64,000 bases of DNA, taken from the NCBI GenBank assembly GCA_943332515.1, contig CALQPR010000013.1:21106-85105 (forward strand). The letters are read 5' to 3'. Shown here piece by piece: positions 50,012-58,768 of this stretch (within the stretch, counting starts at the first letter, position 1; each line of letters starts with the position of its first letter). The position numbers and the translations under genes are program-made. The stretch comes from Pedosphaera parvula Ellin514. GTDB taxonomy: Bacteria; Verrucomicrobiota; Verrucomicrobiia; Limisphaerales; JADJPG01. A model generated the notes under the pieces. The model was not told the DNA's origin. It did not search any database and was given only the letters and a program-made list of their open reading frames with translations.

Positions 50012-50944
50012 TCACCCGATGTTCCGTTTCAATTCCGTGAGCTTGACGCCTTCGCGCTTGCGCAGGGTGGCTTCGACTTTGGGCACATACATCTGCGTCT
50101 CGACCGGGAGATAGGGGCTGATGGCGTCGTAGGTCTTGGCGCGATGCTTCTTCAGGAGATCGGCGACGCGTGTGGGGCCGCAGTTGTAGGCGGCGAGGGC
50201 GAGCCGCCAGTCGCCGAAGCGCTGGTGTAGCTCGCGCAAATAGCGGGCGGCGGCGCGACCGTTCTTCTCGGGTTGCAGGCGTTCGTCGTTGAACAGTCCG
50301 ACGTCGAGATCGAGGCCGCGCGCGGTGGCGGGCATGAGCTGGAACAGTCCGGCGGCACCCGCGGGGCTTTGGGCGCGGGGATCGAAGGAGGATTCGACTT
50401 CGGCGAGCCAGACGAGTTCGCGCGGCATTTTCTCTTCGGCGAAGATTTCCTTGAGGCGGACGAGTTGAGATTTGGCGGCGGGCGGGGCTGGGGTGGTGTC
50501 GATGGCGCGGACCCAGACGGTGCGCTGGAGCTGGGGCGAGGGAGGGGGAAGGCGAAGCTTGTTGGTGACGGTGGCGCTGATTTGCTCGCGGAGCTTTTGC
50601 GAGACGTCGAAGTCAACGAGGTGCGCTTTCAACCATGCGGCGTAGGGCTGGGTTTCTTCGTAGCGTTCAAGGATCGGCTGGAGCTGGATGGCGGTGTCGC
50701 GCAGCGCGGCGAGGTCATAGACGTAGTTGCCCTGGAAGCTGCGGTGGAGATCGTGGAGGAATTGGCGGACGCGAAACTGGTCCACGCCGAGCGTTTCAAA
50801 GACAGAGTCGTCGATGTTCTCAGTGAGCCAGTCGCCGGCGTCGCGCAGCAGTTCCGCCGGGTCGAGCTGTTCCTGGGCGCGCGCCGGCAGGCAGAGGCCG
50901 GAGCAGAGCAGGGCGATGGTGAGGGCGGAGGTGATGGTTTTCAT
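50012..50944 (-). CDS. Lytic transglycosylase (SLT/MltD-like)
   Basis: LAEVESSFDP, GAAGLFQLMPATA, LALAAYNCG, ETQMYVPK; signal peptide MKTITSAL; no LysM domains. Confidence 0.88.
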   Translation of the reverse strand: MKTITSALTIALLCSGLCLPARAQEQLDPAELLRDAGDWLTENIDDSVFETLGVDQFRVRQFLHDLHRSFQGNYVYDLAALRDTAIQLQPILERYEETQPYAAWLKAHLVDFDVSQKLREQISATVTNKLRLPPPSPQLQRTVWVRAIDTTPAPPAAKSQLVRLKEIFAEEKMPRELVWLAEVESSFDPRAQSPAGAAGLFQLMPATARGLDLDVGLFNDERLQPEKNGRAAARYLRELHQRFGDWRLALAAYNCGPTRVADLLKKHRAKTYDAISPYLPVETQMYVPKVEATLRKREGVKLTELKRNIG

Positions 50945-51090
50945 CGGACGTTCTTGCTGGCACAGGGCCAAGTTACGGGCTCGACTTTTGCATGGAGACC
51001 TTATATGAAGTTTCCCGAAACCCGTCAGCTGATTTGACATTCACTACCACCGTTAGGTCTGCTGGCTATCGCAATCTGAAGGAAACAATC

Positions 51091-52092
51091 ATGAAGAGAA
51101 TCACTGCTCTGTTACCCACCAAACCAATCCACATGTGCCGCGCTCGATCGGCGTTCGGTCGTCTCGCGGCGACCCTTGCCGTGGCGGCGTGCCTCGGCGC
51201 TCCTGCGGCGCTGCAGGCCCAGTCCGATGATTTCAACGATGGCGATGACGCTGGCTGGCTGCGTCTGGATCCCATCCGGATGTATCTCGCCGCCGTTCAA
51301 GGTGTGGACTTGCCGCAAAACACCTGGACCGTCGCCGGTGGCAAGTATCGTCTGCAGTCTTCGCCGACGCCGAATCCCGCGCTCGGTCAGGGCCGGGTTC
51401 TGAGCCTGCGTTCGGAAGTTTACAGCAGCTTTCATGTCTCCGTGGACTTGGTTGATTGGGACGCCAGCAAAACGAACGCGATGGCCTTGTGCGCACGCAT
51501 CGGGACGCCCGGTCCCACGACTACCCGGGGTTATTTGTTCGGCTATATCACCGGTGAAAATTATTTCGATCTGGTCCGGCTGCAAAACGAAGGCACGCGC
51601 GCCATCGCGGGAGTGGTTCGGGTTCCGATCGTGTTGACGCCGGGGCATGGCTACCGCCTGACGTTTACCGGTAAGGGCGACCGTTTTGTGGGTCGCGTCT
51701 ATGAGCTCACCGACCTGGACAATCCCATCGTCGAGATGACCGGTTCCGACGGCAACTATGCGGATGGCGTCAGCGGGCTGGCCGTCTTTCCGCTGGGCGC
51801 CAGTGTCTTGGGCGCGGGCGACGCGACCTTCGACAATTTTGCTGCCACGGATCGCAGCCGCCCTCGTATCACGGCGACGATCGATTCGTTTAGCCAACGG
51901 GTCGTGATCTGGCCGCAGTTCGAAGGCGAAGGCTTCACGTTGCAGGGCTCGGCTAAGCTCGGTGCGGACGCGAATTGGACTGATATCACGGACAACCCTT
52001 TCCCGGACCCGGTCACCGAGACGTTCTTCTTCGACGCCACGGGTTCGCCCTACCAGTTCTTCCGGCTGAAGAAAGCTGGCGGCATGAACTGA
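51091..52092 (+). CDS. Secreted hypothetical protein, beta-sandwich (LamG/DUF1080-like) with a C-terminal ...FFRL domain
   Basis: AAGGA upstream of the ATG; signal peptide ending LQA-Q; DDFNDGDDAGW...ATFDNF. Confidence 0.75.
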   Translation: MKRITALLPTKPIHMCRARSAFGRLAATLAVAACLGAPAALQAQSDDFNDGDDAGWLRLDPIRMYLAAVQGVDLPQNTWTVAGGKYRLQSSPTPNPALGQGRVLSLRSEVYSSFHVSVDLVDWDASKTNAMALCARIGTPGPTTTRGYLFGYITGENYFDLVRLQNEGTRAIAGVVRVPIVLTPGHGYRLTFTGKGDRFVGRVYELTDLDNPIVEMTGSDGNYADGVSGLAVFPLGASVLGAGDATFDNFAATDRSRPRITATIDSFSQRVVIWPQFEGEGFTLQGSAKLGADANWTDITDNPFPDPVTETFFFDATGSPYQFFRLKKAGGMN

Positions 52093-52117
52093 GTCTTGAC
52101 GCTCCTGAGAACCTTTG

Positions 52118-52152
52118 ACGCGAGAGGGTGCGAGTCGCCCTCTCGCGTTTTT
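52118..52152 (+). terminator. Rho-independent terminator
   Basis: ACGCGAGAGGG / CCCTCTCGCGT 11-bp stem followed by a T-run. Confidence 0.8.
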
Positions 52153-52218
52153 GTTTTCCGATGTTTTCTATTCTTCCGGCCGGGAGCTTGTGCTACGGTT
52201 CCGCGCCCTAGATAAGCG

Positions 52219-53511
52219 TTGAAAGCACTAATCACGACATTTCGGAAAGCGCCGGAGCGAGTATTTCTCGTCGGCCTTGAGTTCAAGGCCCGCACTACTT
52301 GGGACCTGCAAGATTCCATGGCCGAGCTGGAGGAGCTGGCGACCTCGGCGGGCGGCGAGGTCATCGGTAGCGGGACGCAGAAGCTGGATACCCCGGTGGC
52401 CAGCACGTTCATCGGCAGCGGCAAGGCGGATGAATTCGCAGCGCAGTGCAAGCAGGACAACGTGGACACGGTGATCTTCGACGACGATCTGTCGCCGGCC
52501 CAGAGCCGCAATCTCGAAGAAATTTTCCAGTGCAAGGTGCTGGATCGGACCGCGCTGATTCTCGACATCTTTGCTCAGCGCGCCCGGACTCGTGAGGGCA
52601 AGCTCCAGATTGAGCTCGCGCAGTTGCAGCATCTCCTGCCGCGCCTGACGCGGTTCTGGGGTCACTTGTCCCGACAGAAGGGCGGCATCGGCATGCGCGG
52701 TGACGGTGAAACCCAGCTTGAAACCGATCGTCGCCGGGTGCAGGACCGCATCGCGCGCATCAAGGAAGAGCTGCTGGAAGTTCGCCAGCATCGCCAGACT
52801 CAACGCGTCGGGCGTCAGCGAAATCTTTGGCCGCTCGCCTCCATTGTCGGCTACACGAACGCGGGCAAATCCACCTTGCTCAACCAGCTCACCGGTGCCA
52901 CGACGCTCACGGAGGACATGATGTTCGCGACGCTCGATCCGACGACGCGCCGCCTGAAATTGCCGTCGAACCAGAACGTGCTGCTGACGGACACGGTGGG
53001 TTTCATCCGCAAGCTGCCGCATCGTCTCGTGGAGTCGTTCAAGGCGACGCTGGAAGAGGTGGTGCAGGCGGAGTTGCTGTTGCACGTCGTGGATCTCAGC
53101 CATCCGCAGGCGGAGGCGCAGATTCTCGCGGTGAACAGCGTGCTCGAGGAAATCGGCGCGGCGGGCAAGCCGACGATGATGGTCTTCAACAAGGTGGACC
53201 GGTTCGATAACCGCGAGCTGTTGAACAAGTATCTGGAGCGCTTCCCGGGTTCGGTGGGGATTTCTGCGAAGACCGGCGAGGGTATCCCGGAGATGAAGGA
53301 CGAGCTGGGCTGCATGTTGCGGCCTGCCCGTGAGTTCATGGACTTGAGCATTCCGCATGAGGCGTCCTCGGTCATCGCGCGGCTGCACGCGATGGCGCAG
53401 GTCATCGAGCGTGATTACAGCGGCGAGACGGCGCGGTTCAAGGCGCGCATTCCGACTCATCTGCGGAACGAGTTCGCCAGCTACGTGGTGCCTGGCGCGG
53501 AAGCTCGGTGA
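52219..53511 (+). CDS. hflX: Ribosome-splitting GTPase HflX
   Basis: ILDIFAQRARTREGKLQIELAQL, GETQLETDRR, GYTNAGKST, FATLDPT, DTVGF, NKVD; TTG start. Confidence 0.95.
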   Translation: MKALITTFRKAPERVFLVGLEFKARTTWDLQDSMAELEELATSAGGEVIGSGTQKLDTPVASTFIGSGKADEFAAQCKQDNVDTVIFDDDLSPAQSRNLEEIFQCKVLDRTALILDIFAQRARTREGKLQIELAQLQHLLPRLTRFWGHLSRQKGGIGMRGDGETQLETDRRRVQDRIARIKEELLEVRQHRQTQRVGRQRNLWPLASIVGYTNAGKSTLLNQLTGATTLTEDMMFATLDPTTRRLKLPSNQNVLLTDTVGFIRKLPHRLVESFKATLEEVVQAELLLHVVDLSHPQAEAQILAVNSVLEEIGAAGKPTMMVFNKVDRFDNRELLNKYLERFPGSVGISAKTGEGIPEMKDELGCMLRPAREFMDLSIPHEASSVIARLHAMAQVIERDYSGETARFKARIPTHLRNEFASYVVPGAEAR

Positions 53512-53625
53512 GGATGGCGCGGGTCTGGTGCTGCTGTGGTTGGTGGGGATTCAGCGGAGGTTTACCATCGAATCAGCTCCTTGCTTGCGTTGCGGCGGGA
53601 AATTTGCGATCTCACCCCTCGCCGC

Positions 53626-54336
53626 ATGACCGCCAATGTCCGTATCCATGATCTTCCCGCGCAGGACCGCCCGCGCGAGCGACTGGCTGCGCATGGCGCG
53701 GAGAAGCTTTCCAACGCTGAGCTGATCGCCATCATTCTTCGCACGGGAATGAAGGGCATGTCGGCCATCCACATCGCGGAACAATTGCTCCAGAAGTTTG
53801 GTTCGCTGGGCGGACTTGCCTGCGCATCGCTCGATGAGCTGCGAAAGATTAAGGGCGTCGGTCGCGACAAGGCGGTGACGCTCAAGGCGGCTTTCACTCT
53901 CGCGCGGAAGATGGCGGAGGAGCTGCGGCACGAGGCGCCTTTGCTCGACACGCCGGAGCGGATTGCGGAGCTGTTGCGCGAAGACCACCGGCACGCGCAG
54001 GTGGAGACGTTTCAGGTGGTGTTGCTCAATACGCGGCGGCGTTTGATCAAGGTGGAGACGCTCTCGCAAGGGACGCTGGATACGATCCTCGTTCATCCCC
54101 GCGATGTGTTCCGGGCGGCGATTGCGTCCAATGCCGCGTCCATCGTCATTGTTCACAATCATCCGAGCGGCGATCCGACTCCTTCGGACGCGGACATCAA
54201 GGTGACACGCGATTTGATTCGCGCCGGGCAGTTGCTCAAGATTGACGTGGTGGACCACGTCATCCTTGGTCGTGCGACCACTGAGCGGCCGAAGGAATAC
54301 GCGTCGCTGCGAGAGCTCGGCTATTTCTATTCATGA
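53626..54336 (+). CDS. radC: RadC/UPF0758 JAB-domain protein
   Basis: DRPRERL, HhH (IKGVG), VHPRDVF, HNHPSGDPTPSDAD, DHVILG. Confidence 0.92.
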   Translation: MTANVRIHDLPAQDRPRERLAAHGAEKLSNAELIAIILRTGMKGMSAIHIAEQLLQKFGSLGGLACASLDELRKIKGVGRDKAVTLKAAFTLARKMAEELRHEAPLLDTPERIAELLREDHRHAQVETFQVVLLNTRRRLIKVETLSQGTLDTILVHPRDVFRAAIASNAASIVIVHNHPSGDPTPSDADIKVTRDLIRAGQLLKIDVVDHVILGRATTERPKEYASLRELGYFYS

Positions 54337-55145
54337 TTCATCCTACCGCTGTCATTCATCCGAAAGCACAGGTGGATTCCACGGTCACCGTGGGGCCATA
54401 CGCGATCATTGATGAAGGAGTTAGCATTGGCGCGCAGTGCGTCGTCGGGCCGCATGTGCATTTGACGGGACACACTACGATTGGCGCTGGCAACCGGTTC
54501 CATACGGGCTGCGTGATTGGCGATGAGCCGCAGGACTTGAAATACAAGGGCGACCCGACGCGGGTCCGGATTGGGGAGCGCAATGTGTTTCGCGAGCACG
54601 TGACGGTGAATCGTTCGAGCAAGCTGGACGAGGACACGGTCATCGGCTCGAACTGTCTGCTCATGGCGAACAGCCATGTCGGGCACAACAGCGTGGTGGG
54701 CAACCATGTGATCATTGCCAATGGCGCGGCCCTCGGTGGTCACGTGGTGGTGCAGGACCGTGTGTTCATCTCCGGCAATTGTCTCGTGCATCAGTTCTGT
54801 CGCATTGGAACGCTCGCGATGATGCAGGGCGGTTCGGCGATCAGCATGGACCTGCCGCCGTATTGCATTGTCCATCGTGTGAACGAGCTCGTCGGCTTGA
54901 ATGCCGTGGGGCTTCGTCGGGCTGGAATTTCGAGCGCGGAGCGGACGGAAGTGAAGCGGCTGTATCACCTGTTGTTTCGCAGCGGCCTGAAGTTCAGCGC
55001 GGCGGTGGAAGAGGCGCGAAAGATGGCGATCGGCCAGCCGGCGCGGGCGTTGGTTGAGTTTGTGGCGACGCCGAGCAAGCGCGGTTACTGCGCGGATACG
55101 GGGGTTCGCCGGGCATCGACGAGCGACATCGAGGCGGTAGAATGA
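54333..55145 (+). CDS. lpxA: UDP-N-acetylglucosamine O-acyltransferase
   Basis: IHPTAVIHP hexapeptide repeats, PQDLKYKG, LLMANSHVGHN, VHQFCRIG, GLNAVGLRR; ATGA overlap with radC. Confidence 0.9.
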   Translation: MIHPTAVIHPKAQVDSTVTVGPYAIIDEGVSIGAQCVVGPHVHLTGHTTIGAGNRFHTGCVIGDEPQDLKYKGDPTRVRIGERNVFREHVTVNRSSKLDEDTVIGSNCLLMANSHVGHNSVVGNHVIIANGAALGGHVVVQDRVFISGNCLVHQFCRIGTLAMMQGGSAISMDLPPYCIVHRVNELVGLNAVGLRRAGISSAERTEVKRLYHLLFRSGLKFSAAVEEARKMAIGQPARALVEFVATPSKRGYCADTGVRRASTSDIEAVE

Positions 55146-55174
55146 AATACTGTTCAGATGTGCTGTTGTGACCA

Positions 55175-55203
55175 TTGACTAACGCTCTGTCCTTCTCTAT
55201 TAC
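55175..55203 (+). promoter_or_regulatory. Possible sigma70 promoter of recA
   Basis: TTGACT-17 nt-TATTAC in the AT-rich gap; the -10 match is weak. Confidence 0.3.
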
Positions 55204-55245
55204 CAACCCAGACAAATCTAGGAACCGATTTCAAAAATAAACATT

Positions 55246-56328
55246 ATGCCACCCAAAGCTGAAAAAACCGCCGTTGCCGAGAAAGCCGAGAAGACTCCCA
55301 CCGAAGCAGTGAAGCTGTCCGCCGCCCGGGAACGGGATCTGGAAGCCGCCATTTCCTCCATCACCAAAGCCTATGGCGATGGCAGCATCATGAGGCTCGG
55401 GGTGGCCCAGGCACTTCGCAAGATCGAGGTGATTCCGACGGGCTCTCTGGCGATTGACCTCGCGCTCGGCGTTGGCGGCGTGCCGCGCGGTCGGGTCGTC
55501 GAAATCTACGGCCCGGAATCGTCCGGCAAGACGACGTTGATGCTGCATATCATTGCCAACGCCCAGAAGGCTGGCGGGTTGGCGGCGTTCATCGACGCGG
55601 AGCATGCCCTTGATCCCGGCTACGCGAAGAAGCTTGGCGTGAATCTGGACGACCTGCTGGTTTCCCAGCCCGACAGCGGCGAGGAAGCGCTTTCAATCTG
55701 CGAGACCCTTGCGCGGTCCAATGCGCTGGATGTAATCGTGATCGACTCTGTGGCCGCACTGGTTCCGAAGGCTGAGCTCGAAGGCGAGATGGGCATGGCG
55801 ACGATGGGCATGCAGGCGCGCCTGATGAGCCAGGCTCTGCGCAAGCTCACGGCGCTGCTGAGCAAGTCGAAGACGACGTGCATCTTCACCAACCAGCTTC
55901 GCGAAAAAGTCGGTGTGATGTTCGGCAGCCCGGAAACGACGCCCGGCGGCAAGGCGTTGAAATTTTACGCCAGCGTACGCATCGACATCCGTCGCAAGGA
56001 GGCCATCAAGGATTCTGCCGGAGCCGTCCTGGGCCATCATGTGAAGGTGAAGATCGTGAAGAACAAGGTCGCCCCGCCGTTTGTGGAGGCCGAGTTCGAC
56101 ATCATCTTCAATCAGGGCATCAACAAGGAGGGAAGCATCCTGGATGTCGGCATCGCGAATGGTGTGGTGGACAAGAAGGGCGCGTGGCTCCAGTTCAATG
56201 GCGAATTGATTGGCCAAGGCAAGGACGCGGCCCAGAAGACGCTCATGGAGAAGCCCGACCTGGCTCAGAAGATCGTGGACGCCATCATGGCGAAGAGGAA
56301 CGCGGCTGCCGAGGCAGCGGCATCCTGA
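55246..56328 (+). CDS. recA: Recombinase RecA
   Basis: [64 protein letters not shown]. Confidence 0.98.
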   Translation: MPPKAEKTAVAEKAEKTPTEAVKLSAARERDLEAAISSITKAYGDGSIMRLGVAQALRKIEVIPTGSLAIDLALGVGGVPRGRVVEIYGPESSGKTTLMLHIIANAQKAGGLAAFIDAEHALDPGYAKKLGVNLDDLLVSQPDSGEEALSICETLARSNALDVIVIDSVAALVPKAELEGEMGMATMGMQARLMSQALRKLTALLSKSKTTCIFTNQLREKVGVMFGSPETTPGGKALKFYASVRIDIRRKEAIKDSAGAVLGHHVKVKIVKNKVAPPFVEAEFDIIFNQGINKEGSILDVGIANGVVDKKGAWLQFNGELIGQGKDAAQKTLMEKPDLAQKIVDAIMAKRNAAAEAAAS

Positions 56329-56364
56329 TTCTGCCAGAGGATTTAATCGGAATTGGTATCGAGG

Positions 56365-56394
56365 AGCGGACCCGGGGTTCGGGTCCGCTTTTTT
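56365..56394 (+). terminator. Rho-independent terminator of recA
   Basis: AGCGGACCCG-GGGTT-CGGGTCCGCT followed by TTTTT. Confidence 0.85.
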
Positions 56395-56421
56395 CTGCCG
56401 GGTGGAAGTCTTGGCCCGCGA

Positions 56422-56748
56422 TCAGGCGGCGACGAAGTGGAAGTAGGAGAGTCCCTTGAACTCCTTCTCTTCCAATAGGGCGAGGGTTTCGTCGCATTTT
56501 TCCGGGTGAGAGAGGAGAAGTTCAGGCAGGGCGGCCGACCAGCGCTTGTTCAGCGGTTCATCGTGGCGCTGGCAGATTTGCTGGCAAAAGATCTTGGTGG
56601 CGTCGGCCAGAAGGATGTAGCAGTCGGCGTTGGAAGCGAAACGTTCCTGACCGAACCGAGGAGCGTGCTCGCGAGCGTTCTGGAGCATCTTGCAGACGCT
56701 CGTGATGATGAGCCTTGCCCTGGCGGTTTTCTTTTCGACGTCTGTCAT
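56422..56748 (-). CDS. Small hypothetical protein (108 aa)
   Basis: MTDVEKKTARARL...; GGAG upstream; convergent with recA; no family recognised. Confidence 0.5.
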   Translation of the reverse strand: MTDVEKKTARARLIITSVCKMLQNAREHAPRFGQERFASNADCYILLADATKIFCQQICQRHDEPLNKRWSAALPELLLSHPEKCDETLALLEEKEFKGLSYFHFVAA

Positions 56749-57269
56749 ACTGGTAATGTTCTCCGCTGCGAGCAGCGTCCCCAACCTCCCGGTCTGCCAT
56801 CGGTGTTCCTTCCGAAATTTCCGCGTGGCCTTCCGGCGAATTTAACGCCCTCATCTGACGCGAGCTCAGGCAACGGTGCAACGGGGAGTTATCGAAAGTT
56901 CTTCGCAGCTTGTTCACAGAGTTGTTCGTAAGGCGGCTTTCTATGCATAAACAATTTAGGGGGGCGTTTCCGAAAGCATGAACAGAGAGGTGTTGCCCAT
57001 GGCGGTATGCTTTCGAGTGGCGGTGCATTCAGGGATTTGAAATGGGCACCAAGCCAGCGCTGAATGGAGTTGGTGATGAGCCTCAGGTGGGCTCATTCCG
57101 GCGGCGGGTCTCCACGGTGACTCGGACAAAAAGATTCCTAATCAAAAGCCACTGACTGCCGATAGCTGACCTTGAAGTGCACTCGATACTGAACAAAGAA
57201 CGAGTCAGGTTAGCGGCAGGGACGATGAGTAGTCGTTTTCTGCGGCCAGCCATCAATCGCAACACTACA

Positions 57270-57791
57270 ATGAAAGTCATCAAAATACCCGCAGTTCTCG
57301 GCCTGCTGTTGACGCTGGCCGGAGGCGTCACCCAAGCGGTGCGGGCGGAGGATAAACCCGCCGCGCCCGCCGCAACCACACCCGCGCCCGCCACTCCTAA
57401 AAAGCCAGTGCAACAGCAGTTGTCCGGCAAGGTGGTGGCGGTCGATAAGTATGGAAAAACCATCACGCTCCAGGTCGATAACTTGACCTACGTGCTTCAG
57501 GTCACTGACAGCACCCGCGTGAGCAAGACCGGCAAAGAGCAGAGCATCGCCGACGTGGTTCCCGGGGAGCAACTCACAGTAAACGTGCTGCTTCGTGAAC
57601 TGCCTGACGGCCGCGTCGAGGTCGCCGTCTTGAGCGTGGAGCTTCAATCATCGGCGGAAGCTCAAGGTCGCAATGGCCGCGGGGGTCGTGGCGAGGGACA
57701 TGGACGAGGAAATGACCGTGATCATGGTCCCTTCCACAATGGTCCTCATCCGCCGAACGTGGATGGCCCGGTGGTTTCGCGCCATCGTTGA
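57270..57791 (+). CDS. Secreted protein with a DUF5666-like OB-fold domain and a Gly/Arg/His-rich tail
   Basis: Signal peptide MKVIKIPAVLGLLL; Pro/Ala linker; SGKVVAVD...ITL...VTDSTRV...PGEQLTV. Confidence 0.7.
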   Translation: MKVIKIPAVLGLLLTLAGGVTQAVRAEDKPAAPAATTPAPATPKKPVQQQLSGKVVAVDKYGKTITLQVDNLTYVLQVTDSTRVSKTGKEQSIADVVPGEQLTVNVLLRELPDGRVEVAVLSVELQSSAEAQGRNGRGGRGEGHGRGNDRDHGPFHNGPHPPNVDGPVVSRHR

Positions 57792-57860
57792 TTGGTCTTT
57801 GATACGGCGCTTGCATGGAATGCGAGCGCGCCTTGCAAAGGGATTTGCCGTTGAACAATT

Positions 57861-57899
57861 CCGCCCCGCCGGTGAGAACCGCGCGGGGCGGTTCTTTTT
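57861..57899 (+). terminator. Probable Rho-independent terminator
   Basis: CCGCCCCGC...GCGGGGCGG followed by TTCTTTTT. Confidence 0.55.
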
Positions 57900-58029
57900 G
57901 GAGGGACGAAGGGAGCGTTTCTGTGGCGAGGAGATTTGCCTCCGCCATGTCCCTTGGTAACGGCGATGTTACTAAACTTCTTCTGACGCTTTTTTGGGTT
58001 GGCCTGAATCTGGCTAAACGAACATCAGA

Positions 58030-58653
58030 ATGAGAATAAGCCAGATATTCAAATCGATACTGCTGAGCTTCAGCACCGCATCCACCTTGCTAACCGTCCC
58101 GCTTCAGGCGGCTGAGAGCATCGCACCGGCTCCTGTTGCGTCCGTTGATGAAACACGCACCTATCGCCTTTCGCCCAATGATGTCATCCGAATCAAGGTC
58201 TTTCAGGAAGAGGACCTGACTACGGAATTCCGCCTGGCGAAGGATGGCACCGGGACGTTCCCGTTACTGGGCGGCATCAACCTGGGTGGCAAAACGGTGG
58301 ACGAAGCTGCCGCCATCATCCGTGATTTGCTCGGCAAGGATTACCTCGTCAATCCGCAGGTGACACTGACCGTGACCGAATACTCCAAGCGCCGCTTCAT
58401 GGTTCTCGGACAGGTGCAGAAGCCGGGATCATTCGACATTCCCAGTGAAGAGTCGGTGACGCTCTTGCAGGCGATTGCGATGGCCGGCGGTTTCACCCGC
58501 CTGGCGGTGCAGAGCAAGCTCACGATCACGCGGACGAGCGGCGGGAAGAAGACCATTTCGGTGGACGTGAAGTCTGCTGCGAACGACCCCGGCACGAAGC
58601 CGTTCGAGATTTTGCCTGACGACACCATCATCGTCTCGGAGCGGGTGTTCTAA
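58030..58653 (+). CDS. Polysaccharide export protein (short Wza/OPX: Poly_export + SLBB)
   Basis: YRLSPNDVIRIKVF, FPLLG, YLVNPQV, GQVQKPG, LLQAIAMAGGFT, PDDTIIVSERVF. Confidence 0.87.
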   Translation: MRISQIFKSILLSFSTASTLLTVPLQAAESIAPAPVASVDETRTYRLSPNDVIRIKVFQEEDLTTEFRLAKDGTGTFPLLGGINLGGKTVDEAAAIIRDLLGKDYLVNPQVTLTVTEYSKRRFMVLGQVQKPGSFDIPSEESVTLLQAIAMAGGFTRLAVQSKLTITRTSGGKKTISVDVKSAANDPGTKPFEILPDDTIIVSERVF

Positions 58654-58768
58654 CGACAGTTTCAAACCGAGCCACCCCATCATGTCACGGACCGACAAAA
58701 CCATCCTCCGCAGCAAGTCCCGGCTCGCTGCGTGTCACCATAGATTTCTCTGAACATCTGCCCAGCCT

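Noticed and set aside
53626..54336. radC as a marker of a prophage or ICE
   Set aside because: Full-length HhH+JAB chromosomal form among housekeeping genes; no integrase or att sites seen.
55151..55164. Possible Verrucomicrobia-type LexA box (TGTTC-N4-GAACA) upstream of recA
   Set aside because: Only the left half-site matches (TGTTC-AGAT-GTGCT); no full box upstream of dinB or radC either.
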